A stretch of 62,218 nucleotides of DNA, filler included, from Hausera hauseri (GCA_046269625.1; 11 parts of 11 records of this genome joined end to end with filler, not necessarily neighbours in it), one strand, 5' to 3'. Shown: positions 47,695 through 61,830, counted from the first letter of the whole stretch. Notes: generated by a model not told the origin, from the letters alone. A program made the numbers and translations.

Positions 47695-49500
47695 ATGACA
47701 ACTGGTAGACAGAAATTAGATATTTTCACGTACGAGTCGTTGAACCTACCGGCATATGATGGTCAACCGGAATGATTAAACGAATTTCTCCAAACTTACA
47801 AACTTCACGCCGAAGGCATAGGATTAGAACCTCAGCAGATGATCAGACGATTATCACTTTAATTGAAGAATTTGGCCGCAGATGCCTATGCTGAGTTGAC
47901 GGACGAAGAGAAAAGAGATTGGTCGTCATTAGTAGGCGCATTAAGTAGGAAATTACTACGACAGTAACTCCACAACAAAAGTTAATGGTACTTCAAAATA
48001 GGATGCAACAGAAGGGCGAATCGGTCACCCAGTTTGCGTTTGCCTTAAAAAGTTTGCAAACAGCTACACTAGTATACTGAAAATTTCAAACATGGCTAAG
48101 GCAAAAGACGACGCCGAACGTAGAGCCGCGGAAAAAGCAGTTCCGTCAGATTTGGATGTAATGATGACAACACAATTAATTAATGGTATCTGGTCCAGAG
48201 ACCTGGTGGAACAATTAATTTTAGCGAGACCAGAAAACTTTGAGAGAACATTACAATTGGCACAAGACCTAGAAATGGCGTTAGACAGATATGCTAGGCA
48301 GAATGAACGATACAACAAGAATGTCGAACGAAATGAGCGCAGCGATAGAAATAGAAACCGTGGACGATTCCACAAACATAGTTGAAATTAATATTTCGAT
48401 AATATGATGAATAAAAATGCGCGTCATGGGAACAAAAGCTTCGACAATAATCGGAATTTAAATAACGTGAACGCGAAGCCGAACTACAACTTGAACCAAG
48501 ATGGTTACAAAAACAATAACAAAAGTTTTAAATATAAGGACGGAAATAGATATCATGATTTTAGAAACAACGAAAGCAAATATAGCGGAAGTAGTCGGAT
48601 AGAATCCTCAAACCCAGGCTATTCTAGGAGCGACAACGGATTGGTAGAAACGGAATCTTAATATGCTATACATGTGGCAAAGAAGGTCATATAGCTAGAT
48701 CATGCCCAAATCCGCGAAGCGTTTTATTTACCGAACCAACTAAGACAAGTATGATTAAGACATAAGAAGATCTAGAAGCGAAATATGGTCCCAGAGGTGA
48801 CATAGACGCAATTTTGGATATTCAAAATTTATGTTGATACTTGAAAAGCCAACGAGAAACAAATAATCCGCAAATCCTGAAAGCTCGAAAGGAATATAAA
48901 GATAACGTCCGAATATTAGAAGTATATCATGGACTAGTTGAACCTCGAACAAAATATGAGTACTTAATAGCGCTACACAATAGTAATATGGCTCGCAAGA
49001 AGAATGTGCCTGAAAAACCCGCGCAGACAAAAGAGGTGAACGAAGTCGAAATAGCAGCAGTATCACCCAGTGTAGACGTGGACGCTGAATCTGAACACCT
49101 GACGGAAGGACGTCAAGATGTCAAAATAACAAAAAATAAAAGTCGTAGTCCATCCCTTAAAAAGAAATCAAAGGGTCGATCAAGATCGCCATTAAAAAGA
49201 GACAATGCAGAGAAAACTCATGCTCAAGATGCGGACATAAAGGACATTCCGAACTTAGACACTCCAGACGTGGAGCTTACCGAAGTTCCGGATGTTCAAA
49301 GTGTAACTGTAGGAAACGCGAACAGCAAGATAAACAAGACATGTCCGCTGTCCGAGAGCGAAGACGAGGTGGATGGCACGGAACGAATCAAAAAGTTAGA
49401 TGGAAAAGTGTAGAGGATCAGAAAATCCTGGAAAAATGCAGAGAAATTGAAAGAAATTAGGATGGCACCAACAAATACGGAGACGATACGTCACAACCTA
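47695..49500 (+). mobile_element. gag: Decayed Ty3/Gypsy gag with long post-knuckle extension, related to the gag at 35585
   Basis: LPAYDGQPE*LNEFL...RRLSL*LKNLAADAYAELTDEEKRDW, RMQQKGESVTQF; CCHC CYTCGKEGHIARSC at 48664-48705. Confidence 0.8.
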
Positions 49501-49918
49501 AAAGAATTCAGACATATAAAAACTCAAGTAGATGTGTCAGGAAAAGAACAGCAATTCTCCAAAAGAATGTATAAAGAATACAAATAATATCTTGAGGAAG
49601 ACGTTAACAAGGAGAATGATCAAGAGCAAATGTATGTGTAAGGTTTCTCCTTACAACAAACTTAAAAATAAATTTCCTAAACTTAAAATCGTAATACTTA
49701 AAATAAATAACAAATTCAAAATTTACTGACAAAAATCACATAAAATTGAAAATAAAACACTAATTTGCTAATGATTAAAATTTAAACCTCAAAATCCAAA
49801 TTTTACGGATTCACCACANNNNNNNNNNNNNNNNNNNNNNNNNNNNNNNNNNNNNNNNNNNNTTAATTAATTAANNNNNNNNNNNNNNNNNNNNNNNNNN
49901 NNNNNNNNNNNNNNNNNN

Positions 49919-52900
49919 GAGTAGTTTCAGCTGACGTGGTATCGTCAATAAAGAAAGCTGGTTTTAAGTTATTAATATGGACTGGTTGTTCTTTGTTGTC
50001 CTTAAGAATGACCGCGTGATGGGAACGAAGTGAAAGAAGTTTATAGGGGCCCGTGTACCGTGGCTGAAAACCGACCGGAGTTTGGTTTTTTAACCAAACG
50101 AATTTAGCTGAGTAAAGGTCGTTAGGAATATATGGTCGCTTACTGTGTAGAACTCTGCAAAAAGTGTCTTTGCTAATGGCAACAAAATGTTCCTGGGCTG
50201 CCCGAAGTGTTTCATCAGTAGGTGAGTTGTCTCGCTCAGTTAACTCGAAAAGGGCACGTAGTGGTGTGCCAAATAGGGCCTCCGACGGGGAGCAACCGGT
50301 TTATGTGGATAGGGTGTTGCGCCATCCGAGTAAGACAAAAGGTAAAAGGTTTACCGATTGGGGGTTGTGTTCAGCTAGGATTCTGAGGGAGGTTTTCATT
50401 GTACGATGAAAACGTTCTAAAAGGCTGTTCGACTGGAGGTGGTAGGGTGTTGTGTCGATGTGAGATATGCCCAGTCGATTTACTAATGATTTAAAGAGAC
50501 TCAACTCGAATTGTGGGCCTTGGTCGGTGATGGTGTGTTTGGGTGAGCCAAATCGGCTGAGCCATACACGTATAAAGGCGTCAGCTATATACCCAGTGTT
50601 TGTGGATTGAAGTGGAACTGCTCCTGGACATCTAGACGAATGGTCCATTATTGTGAGGATAAATTGGTGACCGTTGTCTGGTGGAAGAGGACCGACGATA
50701 TTGAGATGGACAGTATCAAAGCGTGACGTACAAAGAAAATGATAAAGTGGCGGCTTTAGTTGTTTAGTGATTTGGAATTTTTGGCATGCCGCACACTCCT
50801 TAGCCCATGTCTGCACGTCTGTTTTCATTGATGGCCATGTAACTTGGCCTTTTAAGAGGTGTATGTGGCCTTAGATCCTGGATGGTGTAAGGCATGAATA
50901 TTTGTGAAGGCTATTTTTTGGAGAGATGGAACTAGTATGACTTTAGGCCATCCAGGGTCGGTGGTATCGAATGCCACGCCATCAATGATTTTGACAGATT
51001 TATAAGAAGTGAGAGCTTCATCATTCGGTTGATTCCGTCGAAGCGTCTCATTATCTAGAATTGGTTTAAAAGTTATCGAGTCAACTGAACGTGACAAAAA
51101 ATCAGCCACGACGTTGTTTATGCCATTTATATGTTTTATTGTAAAATTGAAAGTTGACAAATAGGATATATGTCTTTCTTGACGTAGAGAGGGGGATTTC
51201 ATGGTAAAAATGTGTAGCAGCGGCTTATGGTCCGTTTGAATTGTGAAGGTGCGTGATACTAAGAGGTGTTTAAAATGTTTGACTACGAGGACTATTGCTA
51301 AAAGTTCTCTATCGAAGGTAGAGTACTTTTGTTCTGTTGTAGTAAATTTTCTAGAAAAGAACTCTAAAGGTTGATGCGTGTTATTTTTAAATTGGTGGCG
51401 TACTGCGCCTGCGGCGATAGTTGATGCGTCTGTTGTAAGAAAAAGTTCTGATGTAGAATCTGGATAGGCTAATATTTCTACTGTTTTGAGATTTGTTTTT
51501 AGGTGTTCGAAAGCATTAACAAGTTCAGGTGTCAAATAATAGGTTGTTTCTTTTGACCAGAACTTAAGGTAGCGAATGGAGCGGTTAAGGTCGAACAATG
51601 CGGCACGTATTTATGAATAAAATGCAAAGTACCGAGTAAGGAACGCATTTCTGAAGTTGTGCGTGGTAATTGAATGTTTTTCAGTTGAATGATGCAGTCT
51701 TGCTGTGGAGCATATCCGGTTGGAGTAATAATGTGTCCGAGGAAATTGATTTTTTTTAAAAAGGAGCATTTTGCGAAGTTTATTTGGAGAATGTTTTGCT
51801 GGAGTCGTTTGAAAACGATGCGTAGATGCTCAGTATGCTGTTTAGGTGATGAAGAGGCAATTAAAATATCGTCGATGTAGGGATATGCGAAGTCTAAGTC
51901 TGCAAGGACGGTGTCTATATGCCTCTGAAAGGTTTGGGCTGCACTGTGTAAGCCAAATGGCATATATAGATATTCAAAAAGTCCGAAAGGAGTTGTTACT
52001 GCCGTTTTTGGAATGTCAGCTGGTGCTACAGGGATTTGGTGGTATGCCTTATGGAGATCAATGTTTGAGAAAATGGTGGAGCCGTGAAGTCTATGTAGGA
52101 TGTCATTGATTAAAGGCAAAGGGTAGGCATTTATGGTTGTGATCTGATTCGGTTGCCTGTAGTCACCGCATGGGCGAAAAGATCCGTCCTTTTTAGGGAC
52201 AACATGTAATGGCGAAGCCCATGAAGATTTCGATCTTCTGATAATGCCTAAGCGTTGTAGTTCTGAAAATTCGGCTTCGACTGCCCGCCTGCGACGTGGA
52301 AATAAAAGTCGTACCTTTTGTCGTATTGGTCGTTGGTGTTCTGTAACAATATAATGAAAGTGTGCATGGCTGGTTTAAAGGTTTTGTCTTTTTGCAACAA
52401 ACGAGTACAAGAAGAAAATACATAGGATTGCAACTCCAGTGGAAGTGATGATAAAATGGTTGACGGTGATGCTCATGTTGCGATTTGCTTAGCGTCGGTT
52501 AGGGAAAATGTTGCACTATCAAGACTAGGTGGAATTTGGTGAAATATTTTGGAATTGAAAATGGTGTTGCGAGCGGTTTCGTTAGCAAAAGGTGTCAAAG
52601 AGTTGGCGTTATCATATTCGTCAACTGCATTATAGTAGTCTCTAAATATGGGATGATTATAATAATACTTTAAATTAATGTGGTATTTTAAGAACAGGTT
52701 TACAACCAGTGATCGTCCGTTCGGTCGTCGAAATGATATTCACGGAATTAGGTTGTTCAAATTGGTTTGAGTTAATCAAGCAGCGGCGTTTGCAATCTAC
52801 CAGTAGATGGTAATGGGACAGAAAGTCTGATCCCAATATATACGTGTTTGGACATTGGTAACTGTAAATGTCCAATTGTATGTGCTTTTTTGTGTGATAA

Positions 52901-54207
52901 TGTAAAGGTAATATTGGTAGTGCCGAAGATGTTTAATTCTGCCCCTGATGCAGTGAATAATTTTTGTGTAAATGTGTTTTGTTATGTACCTCATGTTCAG
53001 GAGGAAGCAGAGAGACAGCTGCTCTTGTGTCTATGAGGAAGTTAATGTTATGTTTTATTGGGATAACAACAGTTGCCTCCAACGTAAAAACTGCAAATGT
53101 TGTGTTTCGGCTGTCATTTTGCAAAGTGGTACCTTCGCTAGAGATGGCCGATAACTCTAGCGGCGTTAATAGTTTTTTTGCTGTGTTTGGTGTTGTTTGT
53201 TAGTTGAGGGTTGCCTAGATTCATATGTGTTAAAATTGCAGCCTCGTAAACATTTTATTGCCTTAGTGTTGAATTTAGAATGGCAGATGCAAATGGTGCT
53301 GCTTAACTTGAATTTAGGTTCAAAAAATTTGCATCCGATGCAACATTTGTGTGCATTGTTTTTAAAATTGGTATGGTAATAACAAATCGACGATCGTACG
53401 GGCGATGGCGATCGTCTGTTGCGCAGTGGTTGTGTATTGGAATGGGCTGCACCAGGGAAATTTCGTTGTGAGAGTCAGTTGGTTTAACTTAGTGTTTATG
53501 CTGTTGATGGTTTCTAGCAGCGCTTTATTGTCTGCTTTAAATTGAGCTATTTGTTCCTGCAATGTGTTTTGTTGTGTATCGTATGGTGTGGTGGTAGTAG
53601 AGATAAGTTGGGGAGTATGCATCTGCAATAATTCATATGATTTGTCAGCTAACTCAGTTAGTTTGTGAAGATCTAATGATTCTTCAACCACGGTTAACGG
53701 ACCCCTAATTTGTAAAGGTAGAGCATGGAGAAAATAACGTCTTAAAAATCTGCGTTGTGTTCCTGTTACTCCGAGTGCTTTCAAGTTGTTTAGAGCTATT
53801 TGTAAGAATTCGGAGGGCTTTTGATTGCCTGTGGTGTTCTCATTGAAGTAGCGTTGAATAATAGAATCCAAAGACGGCTCTGTAAGCCTAAGAACAGCGT
53901 TGTATAGCTCCTTGTAAGGATCAGGATGTTCGAAGAGTTGTAAAAGGTTGGGTATTTAAGTTTTAATTGAATTTGTTAGATAGTAGAAAAGACTATGGGC
54001 CTTTGGAAGAGATTCGGTGATGTTTGCAGATTGCAGCCAGAGTTGATGGAATTGAAGCCAAGTTTGGCTTGAGTTCTGACTGTCAATGAAGAATTCGTTA
54101 CAGTGATGGTCGAAAGGGAGGTCTGAAGGTGTGACTGTACCGGCGCAATATAATATCGGAATAGATTTTGGCTTTTCCGTTGTATCAATCGAAGATGGAG
54201 AGTTCAT
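49919..54207 (-). mobile_element. CsRn1-type Ty3/Gypsy copy 3 (gag-PR-RT-RNase H-IN with GPY/F motif), decayed
   Basis: Gag LWLQSANIT, double CHCC; FLIDTRAAVSL; DLHKAYHQIP, MPFGL, YPYIDD; TTDAS, YSTFDREL; TDQGPQF, ERFHRTMK; PRYTGPYKLL at ~50040-50065. Confidence 0.95.
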
Positions 54208-54722
54208 GCTGCCAAGAATTTTGAAATTGATTTGCATAAGGAATTGTACCTGAAAAGGAGAAGATCATAAAAGTTGTGGATGATGAGACCGTTGTAGGCT
54301 AAGAAAAAGCTAGAAGTGCCAAGGAGGTTAGCAAGGTGGTGGTAGATGCGTGTTGCGTGTAGTGTGTCCTTCCACGTGTGTATATTTTTTATTATTAATT
54401 AAAAAAAAAGATAGGGGGTATAGACAACGGGTGGGCACTGCGGCGCGCGATGCAAGCGCGCCCGGCGCTCGGACGGCGTTGGCACCACAGCCCGACGCGT
54501 GGCACCACTGCGCCGGCGTGGCAACCTCTGGGCGGCCCAATCTCCGTAACCAGATCTGGCAACTGCTCGACGGTTTTTTCGGTAAAGTGTATTATGGTAG
54601 ATAAGGCTACCATCTAAAGCAACTGGAACCATTTGAGTATTTAGTACAGCGAACATTTTGCACGGTGACGGAGCGACGCGTTGTTGCGCGAAATATGCAA
54701 CTTGATTGGGTGTTGCACTAAC

Positions 54723-55230
54723 TCAATCAACTATAGCTTTCAACATCGAAAGAATCAATAGACGCAGTTCAATAATTATGTCATTTTCCTCAAACTCTAA
54801 CACAACAAATATTTTGACTGCCGCATTACGAACTAGTATACTTTGTTTTCGTCCATTCCCAGTCATCTCATTCAAGCACTTGCCCAATGTCGTTCCAATA
54901 ACCTGTAGATTATTGTGTCCACTCAATGGAAGCATTGTTGGAACAGATATAAACAACTGAAGTCCACAGACCTTCAAATTTTCATCCTGACCACATGTAC
55001 AAACATTAAAAGCAAAGTTTAATATTTCGGGCCAAAGAAAATTTCTTTCATCATCAAATTGTCGTTTCGTTATTTCTGATGTTACGTCTATGAACTTTCT
55101 AGTGACAACTAGGTTATTGGACGTACAATCAAGTAATAAGTTTTGGAATAAATCCAAAATTGTATTGACATCGACAAGTGTTACTGTCAGTATTTTTGGT
55201 AACTCGTCGGAAAACGATTTAATAATCACA
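54723..55230 (-). pseudogene. IPO5: Importin-5 (karyopherin beta-3 family) HEAT-repeat fragment
   Basis: RKFIDVTSEITKRQFDDERNFLWPEILNFAF...GLQLFISVP...LQVIGTTLGKCL parallels IPO5 [32 protein letters not shown]...ALHIFWNFP...LDVIKRMLVQCM. Confidence 0.65.
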
Positions 55231-55289
55231 TCGTGTTCGGATAAGTCATAAGTAAGAACTTTAACTTTATACTTACGATTTCCGGACGT

Positions 55290-55700
55290 ATGTGGAATCC
55301 AACCTGACGTGTATCGTGGATTGCAAACGATGATATCGTAAGCACCGACATTCTCTAAATAAATGTGTTGATCGAACAGAAAATTTATAGCTTTGTCAAC
55401 GTTAATTAAACAATGAATGCGCATTTTGTCCCTTGTCGGCTTTAAGAGTTTTTTGCAAACTAATATATTTAACAATTTAATCGACCTCTTACCGTCACAT
55501 AAATCCAAATAGAGAGCGTCAACAGCTTCTGGTACTTTAACCTAATGGGAATACATCCACTTCGTAAATGTTTTTCTTTGAACCATTTCACGTTCCTCGG
55601 GTAGTGCTTTAGTTCGAGACTTTTCGTACGATTTGGCAATGTCATCTCCTTCATTGCAAGAAAAAATCCCATTGGCATTGTCATTTGCGTCCCATTTCAT
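55290..55700 (-). pseudogene. Beta-spectrin N-terminal CH1 domain fragment with in-frame TAG at 55542-55544
   Basis: YEKSRTKALPEEREMVQRKTFTKWMYSH*...LYLDLCDGKRSIKLLNIL...KPTRDKMRIHCLINVDKAINFLFDQHIYLENVGAYDI. Confidence 0.9.
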
Positions 55701-57229
55701 ATTTTGTGGCATAATTTGAACTTTCATTGTGTTTGGAAAATGCATCTGACACGAAAACCGACAAAATAGAAGCAATAAAATCACGGGAATAAAATCAGTA
55801 ATGTTTCTGTCTGACACCAATTATTAGTATTATGTATGTCAAATAAGATTGAAAATGCAGCGATATAATTACAACAATACGGAGTAAGATAAAATCCAAA
55901 ATTAAGTGGCTTAAATCGTAGGAATAAATTCTAAATATACCAAACCAAAGTTAAAGATCAGCAAAAAAAATCCAATATGGCAATATAATCAATCTATTAT
56001 TATTTACGTATACAAAAACATTTTTGTATGAATATTAAAACAAATGTCTATTTTAAATCAGAAATCACATTTATAAAACGATAGTTTGATGATGGAACAC
56101 GATGGAACAAGTTTTGCTGAAGAGTTCTGAATTTTTTATCCATTCATTAATAGACATGGGGTTTTCACTGGCCAATTTATGTTAGTTCATCGGTCTCCAA
56201 TTCTAAAAATGCGGATTCTGGAAATCTTTTTTTGATGGTTATGAATTGTCGTTAAAATACGGACACCAGTGATATTTTGCAAATTTATAAACTTCACACT
56301 GGATTTCAGGTCTTGCAAATCTCTATACCTTAGCTTGTGATGAATAACATCTAAGTCAAATCGTTTCTTTTTTGCCAACTCGGAAATAAAGTATGCTGAC
56401 TTAATTTCCACAATTCACCAGAGAAAGTTGTTTTGGATGATGGAACAGACGGATCGTCTTGTTTTGATATTTTGTCAAGATCTAGTCCTTCATCAGTAAT
56501 ATCACTATGTTTATTTGATTGCAAAGTCTGACTGTAAAATGCTGAAACTGGTGTTATCAGTGTTTTTTTGGCCTGATATTNNNNNNNNNNNNNNNNNNNN
56601 NNNNNNNNNNNNNNNNNNNNNNNNTTAATTAATTAANNNNNNNNNNNNNNNNNNNNNNNNNNNNNNNNNNNNNNNNNNNNGGTACAGCGTGTCCTTATCT
56701 GAAAGCAGTTATGGGATTTAAAATGAAATATCTATTTATAGAAGGAGCATTGGATAAGACTATAGAGTGGCACTTTTTGTATGAGTCTTTTTGAGAACGT
56801 GTATATGAAAGAAAATCAGTCACTGGGAGTTAACTGTGGATCGCCGTTCTTTACCAGCATGATTTCATCAGTAATAAGTCTTGTCTTCTGTCTAAGTTTA
56901 TATATTTCCTTGTCTCTGCTTTTAGCTGAATTTGATATGGTGATATGAATCAAATCTGCTAGGCTGACCTAAATATGTGATTTTATATAAGAAAAAAAAA
57001 AGCAACTTAAAATCTAATCCTACTGAATAAGAACAATTGTCCTCAATATCAAGATGCAAGTTTTCAAGACATTAGGCATTAAATATAAATACAGTATATA
57101 TACATACAGACAAAAAAAAAAGAATGCTGCTTGCACGGGGACAGTTAATGACGTTTTATGTAATAGTACCGGCAAGAATTTAAAACTACTTTCACCCCTG
57201 CCTTTATCTCTGTCTCCGAGTCTGTCTGT

Positions 57230-57660
57230 TGCCGACCTGCTTATCTTTGACAAACCTGCTAAACCTGATAGTATGCTTCAGCCAGACGACCTGTCAAAGA
57301 GCAGTGCCGGTAGCGGACAGACCACAGGTTCCCGTGGCGTCAGTGACACTCGCTTACAAGAGCATGAAAATCTGTTTCAACAATTATTTCAGTTACAGCA
57401 AGCCACCAGCACCCTGTTGAATCAAGTTACTCACCATATTGTCGCTATAGATGACAAATGAGGTACTTTGCTTCCCACCTGTTGTCCTACCTGCTGCTGC
57501 CCCCCAGAGGCTTCAGACTGCTACTCCTGTTCGTGAACCAGACCTCAAACCTTCAGAGTTATTTGAAGGTAATCCAGACCATTGTGGCGGATTTCTCCTT
57601 CAATGTAAACTGGCTTTTTCTCGTTCCCCATCTGTTTCTTACTCACTCCTCTCGTATTAC
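57230..57660 (+). mobile_element. Teleost-type (sushi/V-clade) Gypsy gag fragment
   Basis: PVREPDLKPSELFEGNPDHCGGFLLQCKLAFSRSP, the P..F.G.P..C.GFL.QC motif of sushi/PEG10-like Gag. Confidence 0.75.
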
Positions 57661-57740
57661 TTACAGGCCTATAGAGGTCAACAATTTTCTCCCTGATTTG
57701 TAGGTTCACTTCTTTGATTTTCTCTGAGGTGTCACACAAT
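57660..57740 (-). mobile_element. Tc1-like transposase N-terminal remnant
   Basis: EKIKEVNLQIREKIVDLYR resembles fish Tc1 MGKTKELS.D.R.KIVDLHK. Confidence 0.5.
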
Positions 57741-60700
57741 GAAACCGTAACTAAAGGGTCTGAAAACTTGCTAAATATAGCAACAAAGTTGCTAAATTGG
57801 CAGCGCTGTGTTCTGCAATCCACCAACTCTTGTGTCAGAAAGCCGTGTGTTAATTTATCCATGCATTGAAACGGTCACATTTTTAACCATGGGATTATTG
57901 GAATTATCATACATGGATGATAATTACACATCTGGCAATGCTGACTACTGCTCCCTTTATACTGAACGCCTACATTGCTGTAAAGGAAAGTTCACGGATG
58001 TGAAACGTAAATCTGTTGATCTCTGTTTGATTACTCTGGCTTTCTCAAGACCCAGGTGTGTGACACAAAACATTAATTTTAGAACTGAAACTGAATTATA
58101 GCACTGAAAGTGAAAGTAGTCAAATGGAACTTTTAATGCAACAAAATACAGTTTCAAAGCAAATTAATTCAGATTCAAAACTTTAAATTCAGATTTAAAC
58201 CATTGATCATTTTCAATGTAGTGAAATTCACTTTCAAACCAATGCATTAACTTCAGATTCTGCAAATACAGAATCATTCTGAGCAATTCAGTTTCTGATT
58301 GCACAGGTTTGTTCCATACCTTTGTTTACAGCTGCAACACAAATCTAAACATTTCATAAAAAAGAATCATACATTTTACTACCTATTTTATTTTCAAACC
58401 TTATACTTTAGAAAAATAAACACATTTCAAATGTAAAATAACTATTTATAGTCAGATAAAAAGACTAAAAATCTGCATTTTCATGTATGTTTTTCTCATT
58501 TTAATACAATTATTTTGATTCTTTATATTTCTGAATTCATTCACATATTCCTACAACTGTTCATATTAGGTTAAAAAGGTTAGGGTTAGGTAAATTAGAA
58601 TTAGAGTAAAAATAATTGAAATCATAAAAATGATGTGAACATCTTCAAACTGTCTAACATTTAACTTGAACAGAACATTCAGATAAAACCTGGACCTAGA
58701 TGACAAGAGGTCTGGAGTCATCTGAGTCATGTTTTAGAACAAAACATGAACTTTAACAATAAATTCACACATATGATTGTGAGAAATAAAAACACATCAG
58801 TTACTGAAAAACATCCACGCTACACATTTATCACTAACACCTGGAAATGAGCAGATTACATTTGGTAACAACCATTTTATTCTGTTTGACAATAAATCAG
58901 ATCAAACATTTTCTGTTGGTTGTGGTGGTTGAAGTAAAAAAGGAGACGATGGTTTAAAGTAAAACTAATAATTCCAGCAACTAATGATAGTAATTTTATT
59001 GAACACATCTCTTTCTGTATTCTACTGTCCATCCTAACAGTCTCTTCAGCTCTACATCCTGACGAGGAGCAAATGACAACAACCAAAAAGAACATCTAAT
59101 GCAGTCAGAGGTTTTCAGACATGTTCTTAGTATTTGCTATCTTGCTTTTAAACTCTTCAAACTTGAGTCTAAGTTTTGGGTATCCTGCAGCAAGTTTCTC
59201 TCAGTAGTTTGCTAGAATTTAGTCCTGTTCTCCCTGATAGAAGTGACTCAGGTTTGTAGGCTGCTCTGCTCACACAGCTTGTAAGCTCTGACTATAATCC
59301 CTAATTTACACTACATGCAGTTGTGTATGCACATCCTGCATGTTGCCATCTGCTTCCCAAACAGAACAATACATTTTGACAGTATTGAGTATAAATATAC
59401 TCATATATTTACTAATATAGCTCAGATTTGACTAAATCAAGCTGCCTTTGGTCATTTATTTTGAAAATACGGATGTTGTGCTTTTTCCTTTTCCTGTTGG
59501 TGGAATGTGATGTTTATAGATCGACTATGGAGCAGCGCGACGTCCGGCAAAAGTAGAATGTAATTTTGGTGGATCTCCATCTGCTCAGCGTGGCCCTGCA
59601 GAGCCAGTGTAAATATTCTCATTGATTATAATGGTTGTGTATTTGCTGCGGAGGGCGGACCGGAGCGGAACTGCCTGTAGTGTAAATTAAGGGTCAACTT
59701 TGGGGTTGATCCACACACCCCAGGATGAACCAGAGTTGGGGAACAGTTTGATTTTGAACAGCTTTTCCGTAGTTTATATTTGTCATTTTAGTGTTTTTAA
59801 TATATTTAATAAAAAAACATTTTTGTCAAGACTTGAGTCAGATATAGTCATACGAGTATTTAACCATCTCCATAACTTTTCAGTGCAAACACATTATGTA
59901 TGTATGTACTATAATTGTATATTTAAAAAATATACCAAATATGTCTTTTGTACTGCACAAAATAACTTAACTACATTTTTTATGTGTTAGACTGACTGAT
60001 TTCTCTATTAAAATAACTATTTCTTTCAAAAAGATTATATTATTCAGAGAGCTCATGAAATCATTTAATACTATTTATTCTTCACGTTTGATCTTTTATT
60101 GAATCACAGAGCAGTTCAGTCACAGTATGGTTCTAAATATAAGCAAGCTAGATTGTGAAGAATGAAATTTGCAGATATTTATGATAAACTACAAAAAGAA
60201 CAAAACAGGGTTGTTGTTTTTTGGGGGAGGGGGTGTAACGCTAAGCGGAGACTCATCTTTTCTATAATATGGGGCAAACAATTGTTCATCTGTTAGAGTT
60301 AATATTGTTTCATTGGAAGAGCTGAAACAGCGGCTCTCACAGAACAACTCGGCCTGTGCGCGCCGCAGCGTGCTCCACTAACAGCGCTGTCTTTACGAGG
60401 AGAGGAGTTTGGTCACGCGAGCAAAGTTGGATATCTGTTAGATAACGACGCTCTGAACACATAAACTTATAGTGCGTTAGATTTTAGATACCAACGTCTC
60501 CAGAAGCTCGGGAGTGAAGTTTGGAGGACGGGGTTTGCTCTCTCAGGACAGGAGCTGCAGGCTGACCAGTCTTTATCCTGCAGACTGCTGCACCTGGCTT
60601 CACCGACATCAGAAAGACCCGCCCTGCTCTGCTCTGATTGGATAAAGCTGTGGGGTTTGTTTGATTTGTTGAAAGCAGTGTCTACTTAAACCTGTATCAG

Positions 60701-60854
60701 ACTGGGCGGCTTTAACGAGACCGCAACAGAAAACAAGCAGGTTTGTCTTTTCCTCATTTTTTTAATTACCCAAAATATTCAAATCATTAGTGTAAAAAAT
60801 AATGTAAAGTTTAGCAATCCTGCTGTTTATCTTGAGGAAGTATGTTGGAACAGT

Positions 60855-60970
60855 TGGCAGTAAGAAGGTTGCAGCATTGCATCCTGCTTTTCTCCCTGTG
60901 CACACAAGTTTTTTTCCAAGTACTCTAGTTTCCCCGCAAAAACCAAAAACATGCATTGTAGAGTTAGGGA
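60855..60970 (+). repeat. V-SINE central-domain remnant
   Basis: TTCTCCCTGTGCACACAAGTTTTTTTCCAAGTACTCTAGTTTCCCCGCAAAAACCAAAAACATGCA resembles the conserved V domain. Confidence 0.6.
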
Positions 60971-61220
60971 TCAACAACAACAACAGTTGCGAAGTTAATG
61001 CGTACGGTTCACATGGCGTGCAGTGTGCGGCAGGGCTGTGCTGTGGTGCCATTCATTTGCAGCTCTTTGCTCATTGTTCCCGTGCAAGATTGCATTTACA
61101 AATCTTGTGCGGTAGAAATGCATGCTTATTTGACCGTACACAAAGAAGCCGATGCGGTTTGTACCTGGACCGGAACACCAAAGATTCAATGAAATTTTTT
61201 GTTGTTATTGTTATTATAAT

Positions 61221-61830
61221 TTAGATTAACGAGATGACAGCTATTCTGTATGAACCCTGAAAAGGTGAAAAGGGATTTGTTTTTTTAGTTTTAAGGAGGG
61301 CTGTGAGGGCGGGGGCGGGATAGCTGAGTTTTCTTGTCATCCCTTTAATGTCTAGGAGGTTAAGAGGTGAACCAAGGTTCTCCAGACGATAGTGCAATGC
61401 TTGGCTTCCTAGAAGTGATCCACCAATCAAAATGGAACTATCTGGAGTCTCCGCCCATCTGTATTCCATCCGCACCTCTTGTCTTTGATCCACAGTAATC
61501 GAGCGTCAGCTCTTGTTGAATTCGCTCCTCAAGGGTTGGCTTGATTATATATAGAAGACGCAGCCGCCTTCTAATCTCCACCACAAGTATTAACTTGTGC
61601 AGACGATGGTCTAAGTAATTCAACACGAAACGCTTCTATCATCTGATTTGAGGTTCGTGTGTTCGAATCCTGTATGTCATTCACAAAATGTATTAATTAT
61701 TAGCTCTATTATCAATGGGTTGAGAAATGGGCAGGTACCCGTCTTGCATTCTACCCTTCATGGTTCTCACAATAAAATGAAGTCTTTACCTGCTATCCTT
61801 CTCGTCGTTCGGTGGCAAGATCAGGTGTCT
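61221..61830 (-). mobile_element. Possible decayed C-terminus (restriction-like endonuclease) of a non-LTR retrotransposon
   Basis: Broken frames with PDL...FYCEN and terminal GSLLGSQALHYRL; weak. Confidence 0.3.
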
